64,000 nt of DNA. Origin: a virus. The stretch lies in the IMG/VR virus record IMGVR_UViG_3300025840_003418, positions 63,600 to 127,599 of that record. One strand, written 5' to 3'. Position 1 is the first letter of the stretch; each line of letters opens with the position of its first letter. Made by a program: the position numbers and the translations under genes. Below are positions 1-9,029 of the stretch, piece after piece. Below the pieces are notes generated by a model. That model was not told where the DNA came from. It did not search any database and saw only the letters and a program-made list of their open reading frames with translations.

Positions 1-1
1 A

Positions 2-613
2 TTAGTTTCTGTAAACGTAGGATTAAATCATCCTTCATACCATAATCATAAAGTAATTAGAAATAAACAAGAAACTGCAATTAACAATATCTTTGAACAA
101 GATTTAGATATGGGGTACATTAGTTATACAATGATAGAAATGAACGAATTACCTGATATCCTACAAGAAATTATTAATTCACCGTGGCATCCCCAAACTT
201 TCAGAGTGCGCTTAGGAAGCGAAATAGGCAGAAATGCAACACAGAATGTTTATAGACTAAGCACCTTATATTATGCTGCTAAGGAATGGTGCGAAAAAAA
301 CAATAAAAGCTTTATTGATATAAACCCTGCAGATAACAATATCTACCATATGATGGTAGACATTGAAGGAAAAATAGTAAGACTAATACAATGGTGTGAC
401 GAAACTAATATAGATATGGAAGAATTACGCACAGGGCCTTGGAATTATTTTGTTCCACATGATGGTATAACAAATTTCCTACATCAAATAATACGTAGAG
501 ATACTGCAACTAACAAAGGTTTAGAACTTCCAGATAAAGTTCCTGCTAGATATAATTATAAACCTAACATCGAATACGATAAGTCAAAACCTGATTTACT
601 AAAATTGTATTAA
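2..613 (+). CDS. Hypothetical protein, 5' truncated by the window edge
   Basis: The frame of the 110..613 ORF is open back to position 2 (LVSVNVGLNHPSYHNHKVIRNKQ...), so the true start probably lies upstream of the window. No diagnostic motif in the visible part. Confidence 0.6.
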   Translation, partial: LVSVNVGLNHPSYHNHKVIRNKQETAINNIFEQDLDMGYISYTMIEMNELPDILQEIINSPWHPQTFRVRLGSEIGRNATQNVYRLSTLYYAAKEWCEKNNKSFIDINPADNNIYHMMVDIEGKIVRLIQWCDETNIDMEELRTGPWNYFVPHDGITNFLHQIIRRDTATNKGLELPDKVPARYNYKPNIEYDKSKPDLLKLY

Positions 614-619
614 CCATAA

Positions 620-627
620 TATAAATA
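620..627 (+). promoter_or_regulatory. T4-type late promoter TATAAATA
   Basis: Exact TATAAATA in the intergenic gap, 4 nt before ATG 632. A gp55-like sigma factor is encoded in the window. Confidence 0.55.
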
Positions 628-631
628 TTTT

Positions 632-1501
632 ATGATGGAAAAAATAGTCATTTCAGGTTGCAGCGTAACTGCTGGTATAGAACTTTGGGAAGAAAAAAAT
701 ATTCCAGAATATTCTAAATTATCAACACCTGAAAATCAAAAAGTAAATTTTTCACACAAAAAAGGTAGTGTTGTATTTGACAAATTAAATGCATTTAATA
801 CTAAAAATATTAAACAGAATGTACCTCGAGAAGAAATTGTTGCGTATAACAAAAAATTTGCATATCCGTCATTGTTAAGTAAAAACTTACAAGTACCAGT
901 CGATAATATTGCTGAGCAAGGAATTTCTAACAAAGAAATTGCTCTTCGAACATTAAAATATTTTCCTAAAGATTATTACACAAATACTATAGCAATTATA
1001 CAAATAACAACCCATAATCGAATGTTGTTGACTTATTCTCAAACTGAAGCTGGAAGTGTTGTTTTACAACCTACTCAACCTATTCATTTTTTATCTAGAA
1101 CGCAAAATAATATTTTGCAAGAATACTTTTTTGAGTTTTTTAGCGAATCTCTAACTATGCAAGAAGACTATATGTCTATACTTTACACAATACATAAATT
1201 AAATTTAAAAAATATAATTTGTTATGTATTGCCGATTTCATCGTCTAAACTAAATCAACCACATGGCGAATATCATTATAAAGTTAACGACAATATTACA
1301 ATAACACATACAGATAATTCTTTTGATTTAAGTTCAGTAGAAAATATGTTACTTAATGATATGAATCATTTTAAATTATCAGAGCAGTCTTTAGAAGAAA
1401 TTAGTAATTATTGCTATTTGCCTCATTACCATTTTTCACATAATGCTCATAAGTTAATAAGCGAACACATATCTGAAAGAATAAAATGTTTGCATTTTTA
1501 A
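632..1501 (+). CDS. SGNH/GDSL-like hydrolase or acyltransferase family protein
   Basis: N-terminal ISGCSVTAG (GDS-like block I), NIAEQGISN (block II), C-terminal HYHFS with helix. Paralogous to 6754..7671 and 13565..14275. Confidence 0.55.
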   Translation: MMEKIVISGCSVTAGIELWEEKNIPEYSKLSTPENQKVNFSHKKGSVVFDKLNAFNTKNIKQNVPREEIVAYNKKFAYPSLLSKNLQVPVDNIAEQGISNKEIALRTLKYFPKDYYTNTIAIIQITTHNRMLLTYSQTEAGSVVLQPTQPIHFLSRTQNNILQEYFFEFFSESLTMQEDYMSILYTIHKLNLKNIICYVLPISSSKLNQPHGEYHYKVNDNITITHTDNSFDLSSVENMLLNDMNHFKLSEQSLEEISNYCYLPHYHFSHNAHKLISEHISERIKCLHF

Positions 1502-1578
1502 AATCAATATATTTAAGAATTAAATATAGAAAAAAAATTAAATCTCTTAAGAAAAGAACAAGATATATTTATAAATAG
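1486..1578 (+). CDS. Small basic protein, 30 aa (MFAFLKSIYLRIKYRKKIKSLKKRTRYIYK)
   Basis: Hand translation from ATG 1486 to TAG 1576-1578. It fills the gap between two co-oriented genes and overlaps the upstream stop. Below the ORF-track cutoff. Confidence 0.5.
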   Translation: MFAFLKSIYLRIKYRKKIKSLKKRTRYIYK

Positions 1579-1603
1579 ACTTGTTAAATTTAAAGGAAAA
1601 GAA

Positions 1604-2275
1604 TTGTTTAACAATATTGCATACTTGCCAATCGACATAGAAGTTGATTTACCTAACGAATCTGAAATATTAGAACATTTTCATGCAATAGGAGCTATTT
1701 CAGATCACATGCCGTGTGCTAGTGGATTATGGAAAACTTATCCTATATTTGGAAGAATGCTAAGAGACGAATGGAATGACGTCGATATATATCAATACCA
1801 TAAAAAACATTCAAGTGTATTAATGGATAGCATTGGACAATACTACGATAGTTTTGATACTAAATTTCCGCAAATTGCTTCCGTTATAGATCAATTACCG
1901 TATAAACAACTAAGTTTAGTAATGGCATTAGAACAAACAAGTGATGTACCGATTCATAAAGATAGAGAAGATTTTGAAATAGTCGACGATGATACAAAAT
2001 TATTAGACCCAAAGCGTTATAATATACTACTTACAAAACACGAATACAAAAGTTTTTTTCTTTCTGAAAATGATAACGGTGATAAAATTTATCCTAAAAT
2101 AGATAAAGGTAATCCTGTGTTTTGTTTATCACACGACAAATACTATCACGGTGCTACAATGGCTGGGCCAGGAAAGGTCATGGTAGCAATCGGTGGAATA
2201 ATTGATGTGGAAAAACATAATGCGCTATTAGAACAAAGTTTTAACAAATTTAAAGATCAATCTATTACTTTTTGA
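1604..2275 (+). CDS. Putative Fe(II)/2-oxoglutarate-type (double-stranded beta-helix) oxygenase-like protein
   Basis: TTG start after an AAAGGA RBS. HxD (VPIHKD) plus a distal His (YYHGA) form a facial-triad pattern. Confidence 0.45.
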   Translation: MFNNIAYLPIDIEVDLPNESEILEHFHAIGAISDHMPCASGLWKTYPIFGRMLRDEWNDVDIYQYHKKHSSVLMDSIGQYYDSFDTKFPQIASVIDQLPYKQLSLVMALEQTSDVPIHKDREDFEIVDDDTKLLDPKRYNILLTKHEYKSFFLSENDNGDKIYPKIDKGNPVFCLSHDKYYHGATMAGPGKVMVAIGGIIDVEKHNALLEQSFNKFKDQSITF

Positions 2276-2859
2276 CCAATAAGCATAAATCTTTTATACT
2301 TTTCAGTTTGCAACTCTGCTTTCCATGTAACATAAATCTTACTCATTTCTACGAAGTCTTCTAAGTCAGTAGCACATCTTATATGCTCATCTAAATCAAA
2401 ATAGTCGTTACTCTGTAATACTATCATAGCCTGTTCTGGTATGTTACTTAACCAAGTTTCATACTGCTGTTGATTAATATGTTCACAACTTGTGTTGATT
2501 ACTAAATGTGCATCGTACTTGTAGTTGCACATGTCAGCGGTTACTGCTTTGAATTTGCCTTCCATTTCATAACGCTTGTTTACAGTGTTTGCAATTTCTT
2601 CGCAAGTAGGATCTATATCAACGCTAATAATACTTTTAATATCCGGACGAGCATTAAAAAGAATACTTGCCAACACTCCGTTCCACCCTCCGAATATTAC
2701 TATATCTTTTAAACCTATGTACCAATTGTTTAAATGATCACTAAGCCAAACTTTACTTCGAACTTGTCCTTTCCAAAAACTTTCGAGTGTGCGATATCTA
2801 TCTTCGCTATTACGGATTGCATCCATCCAAAACAATACATCTTCTATTTCAACTTTCAT
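2257..2859 (-). CDS. Class I SAM-dependent methyltransferase-like protein
   Basis: Motif I-like IVIFGGWNG, acidic SVDIDP after strand 2, TADM, INTSCEH. Confidence 0.7.
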   Translation of the reverse strand: MKVEIEDVLFWMDAIRNSEDRYRTLESFWKGQVRSKVWLSDHLNNWYIGLKDIVIFGGWNGVLASILFNARPDIKSIISVDIDPTCEEIANTVNKRYEMEGKFKAVTADMCNYKYDAHLVINTSCEHINQQQYETWLSNIPEQAMIVLQSNDYFDLDEHIRCATDLEDFVEMSKIYVTWKAELQTEKYKRFMLIGQKVID

Positions 2860-3854
2860 ATTTTTACCTTAGGAATCTTTGAGTCAGCACTGCTTACACA
2901 AGTATCAGTAACACATTTAGATGGTGCCTTAAACAGCGTAAAACCGTCTTGTAGTGTGCCTAACGGTTCTTCACTACAACTATAACTCCGCTTTACTTCA
3001 TTACCTCTTATAACGCATCCTTGATATCCTGCATTACAAGTCCATCCTTTAAACTTATTAAAACCAAAGGCATTGAATCGCTCGGCTTGATCAACATTAT
3101 ATATGTTACCTGCATCATCTTGTAATTCTACTTGGTATAAAGGAATTATTTTTTTATATCTATCTGGGATTCTTTGGGGGAATCCTGTTTGCATCTGTCT
3201 AAGTTGGCTTGGTGTATATCCATGTACCACGAAGGAGGCAGTGGGGTCGGATTGTGGTTTGAGAGTGACATTAATACCTCGGGCGGCAAATCGTTCACAG
3301 CGTTCGTAAAGTTCCTCAAACCTTTCTGGCACCATGACTTGATTGATTGTAACAAATACTTCATTATCAGCTAATAAGAGACACTTATCTCCAAACTCCT
3401 GTTCATTAGCAAACTCAGCGTGGTAACTCGCTGTGATGCTTTTTCTTTGCAGTGTGTCTGTGTTAAGTATCCACTTGTTCCACCATTTCACACCTGGTGA
3501 TAGATTTGTGGTCATATGAATACTTTGGTATTCGGGTGCTGTATCCCTACAGTAATGATCTATGATCTCCCCAAAGTATTTATACGCTGTAGGCTCGCCT
3601 CCGCTGAACGAAAAATGAAAATCTGTAAAACCGTTATCTCTTGCCTGTGCCTTGATACTATCTAGTGTGTGTAAGTACAATTCTAGATCTTGGTGGTCAG
3701 GGGTACTAGATCTAGCGTATGGCCAGCAATAACTGCATGAATAATTACAAAATCTAGCCAGTATCCAAGAAACTGTGAAAAGATGGCTCTTTAGGAGTGT
3801 CTTCTGTCCAAATTGGGTAATTTTATCCCAGGGTATTGTTTGAAAATTGTTCAT
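2856..3854 (-). CDS. Radical SAM protein with C-terminal Cys-rich (twitch/SPASM-like) domain
   Basis: CNYSCSYC (CxxxCxxC), SGGEP, TTN, C-terminal CNAG...SC...C...C. Start moved to ATG 3854 (MNNFQ). Confidence 0.85.
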   Translation of the reverse strand: MNNFQTIPWDKITQFGQKTLLKSHLFTVSWILARFCNYSCSYCWPYARSSTPDHQDLELYLHTLDSIKAQARDNGFTDFHFSFSGGEPTAYKYFGEIIDHYCRDTAPEYQSIHMTTNLSPGVKWWNKWILNTDTLQRKSITASYHAEFANEQEFGDKCLLLADNEVFVTINQVMVPERFEELYERCERFAARGINVTLKPQSDPTASFVVHGYTPSQLRQMQTGFPQRIPDRYKKIIPLYQVELQDDAGNIYNVDQAERFNAFGFNKFKGWTCNAGYQGCVIRGNEVKRSYSCSEEPLGTLQDGFTLFKAPSKCVTDTCVSSADSKIPKVKI

Positions 3855-4509
3855 ACAACCAATCAAAATCATTTATTCTACGCAAATCTTGCGGTGATTG
3901 TGCGTGTTTTTCTCCGTATTCTCTGCCTTCTTGGGCGCCGCGTTTTGCTTCATTTCTATAAAGTGCATCTGAAATAGGATTTAGCCACGCCGCCAATCGG
4001 TCTTCAGTTTCAATATTAAGTTGTCCTTGTATAGACTTACTTGATAATTTTGCACATTCTCTAAATGCACTTTTCCAAGTGTTAAACGGATCTGTATTAA
4101 ATGCAGTAATGTTACTTATTTCGTTCATTACTCGAAAATTGTCGCTAATACTTGTAGTCATGTCAGGCTTACTTGTATCCATGTTTATTGTCATACGTCT
4201 AGGAAAAAGTTTTACACCGCCGTAGCCGTACTCTAAACCATTTATAGGATTCTTACTGCGCCAAACGTGTACATGATCTAACTGATGATCTGGAACTTCA
4301 TAATCAAAATTAAAGGAATCTAAAACCTGTGCATCACCGTCAACAATCCAAAACATTTTAGTAAAACATTTCTTTGCAGCAGCAATGTGTGCCTGATGTA
4401 TTCCTTTTACTCCGTCAACAGGCTTAGTCATAGGAAATCGTTCTTTTAGTGCAGCATAATTTTCAGCAGCATTAGGTTCTTTATAACTTATAAAAACAAT
4501 GTCATACAT
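3823..4509 (-). CDS. GT-A fold glycosyltransferase-like protein
   Basis: YDIVFISYKEPNA...GVKGIHQAH...FWIVDGD (DxD). Clear paralog of 17546..18475. Confidence 0.6.
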   Translation of the reverse strand: MYDIVFISYKEPNAAENYAALKERFPMTKPVDGVKGIHQAHIAAAKKCFTKMFWIVDGDAQVLDSFNFDYEVPDHQLDHVHVWRSKNPINGLEYGYGGVKLFPRRMTINMDTSKPDMTTSISDNFRVMNEISNITAFNTDPFNTWKSAFRECAKLSSKSIQGQLNIETEDRLAAWLNPISDALYRNEAKRGAQEGREYGEKHAQSPQDLRRINDFDWLYEQFSNNTLG

Positions 4510-4789
4510 CAAATATCCAGTCAGCTTTGTCGTCTACCCACACATCATAATGAGGTTTTTGCATCCACAAATTATGATACTTAACTCCCCAAGAAAACAA
4601 CTGTTCTTTAGTTAATGCTGTCCAGTCTATACCTGAATTAGCTCCTCGGGCTGTCCAATAAACTATTGTATGTCCGTCCATATATAATTCGTTAATCTTA
4701 GTTATATGTTCGTAGTTAGGTTTTGAGTTATAGTAATCACTGTCTTTAGTGTAGCATATTGTTCCGTCAATGTCAACTACATATTTCAT
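4502..4789 (-). CDS. Minimal HAD-superfamily phosphatase (capsule-biosynthesis type)
   Basis: DIDGT motif I, WTAR motif II, KP and VDDKA motifs III/IV. Confidence 0.8.
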   Translation of the reverse strand: MKYVVDIDGTICYTKDSDYYNSKPNYEHITKINELYMDGHTIVYWTARGANSGIDWTALTKEQLFSWGVKYHNLWMQKPHYDVWVDDKADWIFDV

Positions 4790-5145
4790 TTTTGACTATC
4801 TCCTTTGGCAACTCTGTAATTATCTTCAACACTGTCTGGTGTACTAACCTCTACTAGTGTACCTGCTTCTAAACAAATTATTTGATGCGGTAGCAATGGA
4901 GGATTATGCCACGAATCTCCTACACGTAATTCATGTACCTCTATATCAGCTGTTCTAGTATCAATCGTACGGACTTCAAAATGTCCTGATAGTACATGCC
5001 AAGTTTCGTCCTTTTCTCGATGAAAATGCATACTAAACTTTGCACCTGTGTTAAAATTTAATAACTTACCGCAGTATAAGTCGTTAGTAGCAAATATTAA
5101 TTCACTACCCCAACCCTTTTCTACATGTCCTTTTAGTCTTTGCAT
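4786..5145 (-). CDS. Cupin protein, sugar isomerase-like (mannose-6-phosphate or lyxose isomerase type)
   Basis: VEKGWGSE, SMHFHREKDETW, distal PHQ, EVSTPD...DNYR. Confidence 0.75.
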   Translation of the reverse strand: MQRLKGHVEKGWGSELIFATNDLYCGKLLNFNTGAKFSMHFHREKDETWHVLSGHFEVRTIDTRTADIEVHELRVGDSWHNPPLLPHQIICLEAGTLVEVSTPDSVEDNYRVAKGDSQK

Positions 5146-5873
5146 ATTTCTTCCAATCTCGGAGCATATACGCCTCTATGTTGTACAGAAATTTGGCTAG
5201 ACTTTATTGCAAATTCTATTGCCTTTTCTTTATTATCAGTTAACATATAATATGTAACAAAGGCTGCAAAAAAACTATCTCCTGCACCGGTTACATCGGC
5301 TATTTCTATTGGTTCTACATGATGAGTAGATGTTGTTTTACCATTTTCTATAACAAGCACATCTTTGTCAGCTCGGGTTACAACTAAACTTTCTGCTTCT
5401 GATATAGCATCATTATACTCATGTTCGTTTATTTTTACTATACAATTTCTAAATCTTGCAAGATCAGGTTTCTTAGTATCAATAAATATCGGAACAGTTG
5501 CATTATTAGTTATTTCTTCTATTAAATCATAAGGAACTAACCCTTTGTCATAATCTGGTATTACTATACAGTCATATACGCCAGCATACGACAACTTTAC
5601 TTCTTGACTCTTAACCTTTTCATCAACTCTGTAAACTTGCCTATAGGATCCTTTTTCAATATACCTATGTTTGTTTTCTACAACATAAGTTTGCAAATTA
5701 ATATTCTTTACGCCCAATGCTTTAAAGTTTTCTGCAACATTGTAACTCATGCCGTATGCACTTTCAGTATACATAAGATCAAAAATAGGCACAGGTGCTT
5801 CTTGGCTTATACGAGTTACTTTGCCGTAATGATTTAGATCACAACAACCGTCACCTATTATTAATACGTTCAA
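5133..5873 (-). CDS. PfkB-family sugar kinase, HldE/RfaE domain I-like
   Basis: IIGD..., RISQEAPVP, DYDKG, IDTK, KINEHE, DVTGAGDSF. Likely start is TTG 5873; the ORF track extends to 5930. Confidence 0.85.
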   Translation of the reverse strand: MNVLIIGDGCCDLNHYGKVTRISQEAPVPIFDLMYTESAYGMSYNVAENFKALGVKNINLQTYVVENKHRYIEKGSYRQVYRVDEKVKSQEVKLSYAGVYDCIVIPDYDKGLVPYDLIEEITNNATVPIFIDTKKPDLARFRNCIVKINEHEYNDAISEAESLVVTRADKDVLVIENGKTTSTHHVEPIEIADVTGAGDSFFAAFVTYYMLTDNKEKAIEFAIKSSQISVQHRGVYAPRLEEICKD

Positions 5874-6246
5874 TGACCTTTGTTGAAGAATATCTTGCAT
5901 CTCTTTCAAAGAAAAACAGTTCTTTTGCATATTCGCTTCCTATAACTCTTTTATTTACATAGTCTGATCCAACTATCATTAAATCTGGACCATATTCTTT
6001 TACAGTACTTATGAGCTCGTCGTCTGTTCCAAACAAACTAACTTCGTCAATGAATTTAATGCATTCTAGCATACGCCTGCGTATGTCTTGGTTATTAACA
6101 GGTCTGTCGAAACCTTTGTTTACTTTTATCCTCTCGTCAGTATCTATTGCTACTTTTAAATAGTCGCCTTGGGATTTTGCATATTCAAATAATGCCATGT
6201 GTCCCGGATGCAGTATATCAAAAGTTCCGTTTACAAAAATTTTCAT
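5851..6246 (-). CDS. Cytidylyltransferase-family nucleotidyltransferase, HldE/RfaE domain II-like
   Basis: NGTFDILHPGH (HxGH), KGFDRP, VGSDY, YSSTK. Confidence 0.88.
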   Translation of the reverse strand: MKIFVNGTFDILHPGHMALFEYAKSQGDYLKVAIDTDERIKVNKGFDRPVNNQDIRRRMLECIKFIDEVSLFGTDDELISTVKEYGPDLMIVGSDYVNKRVIGSEYAKELFFFERDARYSSTKVIERINNR

Positions 6247-6764
6247 ACAGAATATAATTGCGGATATTCTAACATTAGATGCATGCCGCCCTTCTCGTAT
6301 GCGTTTTTATATACATCAAATATCTGTTCGCTAGATGTAAATTCATAAAATGTTGTGTTTGGACATAACGACTTAAATTGTTCAAAATAATTACCCTTAT
6401 GTTGATGTCCGGGATCTAATGGCTCATCGGCGCCTTTGCCTACTCTAATAATAACCGTAGCTGTGCTTCCTGTCATCAGTTCATACTTATCTATATGGTT
6501 AACAAGTTGATTTGTTGCACTTATTAAGAAGTCCCATCTAGGATAAATGGTAACTACTTTCATTCCGGTCATTGCCATACCTAGACTTATCCCCATTTGA
6601 ACTTCTTCCATTACTGGAGTTTCTATCATTTTATCTTTGTTGACATTATCGAGTGTAGCACTCATTGGATTACCAGGAAAAACAATTTGTTGTCCGATAA
6701 ACTTTGTATCATTTTTATCACCTAAAAAGGTCATTGCCTTTGTTAGTTCTTCTTTATAACTCAT
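6243..6764 (-). CDS. TPP-dependent dehydrogenase E1 beta / transketolase pyrimidine-binding subunit, short form
   Basis: IGQ, ETPVMEEVQMGISLGMAMTG, NQLVNH, IIR, GHQH. Only 173 aa, with no C-terminal domain. Confidence 0.8.
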   Translation of the reverse strand: MSYKEELTKAMTFLGDKNDTKFIGQQIVFPGNPMSATLDNVNKDKMIETPVMEEVQMGISLGMAMTGMKVVTIYPRWDFLISATNQLVNHIDKYELMTGSTATVIIRVGKGADEPLDPGHQHKGNYFEQFKSLCPNTTFYEFTSSEQIFDVYKNAYEKGGMHLMLEYPQLYSV

Positions 6765-7671
6765 TTTGATAAATTCCTTGTTTTATGTTAACATGTAGTA
6801 ACGGCGAAAACGACGGTAAATTAGTAAACGGCTGTAACAAATTTCTATCTTCTATAGTTTTAATAACGTTTTCAGCCATTACATGATGGCACAACATTGA
6901 TGGATGGTCATCTAAGGGCGGTTGATTAAAATAGTCATAATCGGATCTTATTGTTAATTCTTGATTACCAGGTTGATGTTCGTCCATCATGTCTGCCATG
7001 CTTTGGTATTCTATTCCTTTATAAGTCAATGTCATTAACCGTTCATTCATCCAAGGATTATTTCTAATCCATTCTAAATTTTCATTTGGCCATGATAGTA
7101 ACAGTGTAGGTATACCCTTATCTTCACAAGTGCGTAAAAAATGTTCTATAGGTCTTAGACTATAATCAATATACCATTTTACATAATCATCAGGTGTTTT
7201 GATATCATGTATCTTCATAAAACGTTTTAATTTAGGAATATCATTGTACAATTCATTAAAAGCAATACCCGGTCCTTCAAAAGCAATACAATCTCTATGA
7301 GGTTGAGTAAGTTGCATTACTACTAAACCAATATCTTCTAAAGGAATATCTGTCCTTCCGTGTCCATCCACAAAATTAGTATCACTAAAAAAACAGGTAT
7401 TCCACCACTTTAAAATACTCTGATGACTGCCGCCGTTAACTCTATCTACTATTTCTGATGTATTAAAGTAATTTGCAACCAGTCTTGGAAATCTCATTCT
7501 TGCAGCGTGTTCAATTTGTGTGTGATTTACTAGTCGGTGATCGTAGGTGTTCCACGGTTGTTCAACTATGCTAGGAAGTCCTGTATAATAATACAGACCT
7601 TGTCCCCAAGTAAAACTACATCCTGCAAATAAAATAGATTTATTTACTTTTTCTGTTTTTCGTTTTATCAC
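6754..7671 (-). CDS. SGNH/GDSL-like protein
   Basis: FAGCSFTWGQG, NGGS, QLT, C-terminal DDHP (DxxH-like). Confidence 0.6.
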   Translation of the reverse strand: MIKRKTEKVNKSILFAGCSFTWGQGLYYYTGLPSIVEQPWNTYDHRLVNHTQIEHAARMRFPRLVANYFNTSEIVDRVNGGSHQSILKWWNTCFFSDTNFVDGHGRTDIPLEDIGLVVMQLTQPHRDCIAFEGPGIAFNELYNDIPKLKRFMKIHDIKTPDDYVKWYIDYSLRPIEHFLRTCEDKGIPTLLLSWPNENLEWIRNNPWMNERLMTLTYKGIEYQSMADMMDEHQPGNQELTIRSDYDYFNQPPLDDHPSMLCHHVMAENVIKTIEDRNLLQPFTNLPSFSPLLHVNIKQGIYQNEL

Positions 7672-8095
7672 TTTGTCCTCCTTTCGGCCAACTTATTTCC
7701 CAGTCTTTAAAATCTGCTGCTAAACAGTCTACTTTATAATCTTTTCTTCCACCAATTAGTTCTTGTATAATATTCTTACTTGTATTTCTAATTCCGTTCA
7801 GACCATGAGTAAGTTCAAGATTTCCTTCTTTTTCGCCTCTACGAAACTTTGATTCATTTTGCCAGATATGCAAATTCATTTGTGCGCAAACTATTATAGC
7901 TCTAATAGTTTTTGCATCAACTACTGAATTATTTTCATCTAGTATAAGTTGTATGTCGTGTACAATATCATCAATCTCTTGTGCGTACTCGTCTTTGTAT
8001 TCTGGTATAAAGACTTCTTTTAATTGTACAATAGAAAGTCTATCAATTAATTCACTTAGTGTTTGTAAATATCTTCTTTCTGATTTGTATGTCAT
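7640..8095 (-). CDS. Helical hypothetical protein (DUF4254/DUF6165-like), glycan-locus associated
   Basis: SELIDRLSIVQLK and NLHIWQNE...R...N..R...KN motifs, recalled from these families. Confidence 0.45.
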   Translation of the reverse strand: MTYKSERRYLQTLSELIDRLSIVQLKEVFIPEYKDEYAQEIDDIVHDIQLILDENNSVVDAKTIRAIIVCAQMNLHIWQNESKFRRGEKEGNLELTHGLNGIRNTSKNIIQELIGGRKDYKVDCLAADFKDWEISWPKGGQSDKTKNRKSK

Positions 8096-9024
8096 AGGTT
8101 CGTAAAACTCCTGTTGTTGTGCGTAACTACAATACTATATGCTTCAATAAGTTGTTTTATACCATAATCTAAATCATACAAAGGTTTCCAACCTAGTGAT
8201 TCTATTTTATCATTACTTACAATATAGTTTCGTTTATCAAAGTCTTGTTTAAATTCGTCCTGCTTAATAACTAAACCAGGTATGTGTTCTTTTATTTTTT
8301 CTGCAAGTTCCATTTTACTTAGATTAGCAGTAGACAATCCTACATTAAATGCTTCGCCTGAACATTTTTCATAGTTTTCTATTACAAACTCAAATGCTCT
8401 TGCAATGTCTTGTACATGTATATAGTTGCGTTTAAAATGCGCTTCAAACAAAACGAGATATCCATCCGTAAAAGATTTATAAACAAAATCATTTACTAAC
8501 AGGTCTTGGCGCATTCTAGGACTAATTCCAAAAACAGTAGCAAGTCTTAGTGCAACACCGCCGCTAGCAATAACTGTATCTTCTGCGTCACACTTTGTTT
8601 TAGCATACAAACTAAGAGGTTTGAATGGACTTTCTTCTGTGATAATTTCTTCACTAGAACCATACTGGCTGTTTGTGTTAGGCATAATCAATTTCTGTTT
8701 TGCTGTTAACACTTGTGCAATGTGCTTTATCTGTTCGTAGTTAACTTCTACTGTAAGTTGAGGATTATCTTTACATGCTGGCATTCCTACAATAGCAGCT
8801 AAGGGAATTATTACATCGTGATCTTTAACTAATTCTTGCAATAGTTCTTTGTTGCGTACATCGCCTTTTACAAAACAAAAGTTGTCGTTTTTAAATAGAT
8901 GCAAAAGAGACAATTGCTTGTACATAAGATTGTCTAATACTGTAACAGCATATCCTTTAGATAACAAATATTCTGCTGCTGTAGAACCTAAGTATCCGGC
9001 TCCGCCTGTGATTAATATTTTCAT
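8092..9024 (-). CDS. NAD-dependent nucleotide-sugar epimerase/dehydratase (extended SDR)
   Basis: ITGGAGYLGS, LAAIVG, YAKTK (YxxxK), LRLATVFG, RNYIHVQD. Confidence 0.92.
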   Translation of the reverse strand: MKILITGGAGYLGSTAAEYLLSKGYAVTVLDNLMYKQLSLLHLFKNDNFCFVKGDVRNKELLQELVKDHDVIIPLAAIVGMPACKDNPQLTVEVNYEQIKHIAQVLTAKQKLIMPNTNSQYGSSEEIITEESPFKPLSLYAKTKCDAEDTVIASGGVALRLATVFGISPRMRQDLLVNDFVYKSFTDGYLVLFEAHFKRNYIHVQDIARAFEFVIENYEKCSGEAFNVGLSTANLSKMELAEKIKEHIPGLVIKQDEFKQDFDKRNYIVSNDKIESLGWKPLYDLDYGIKQLIEAYSIVVTHNNRSFTNL

Positions 9025-9029
9025 ATATT

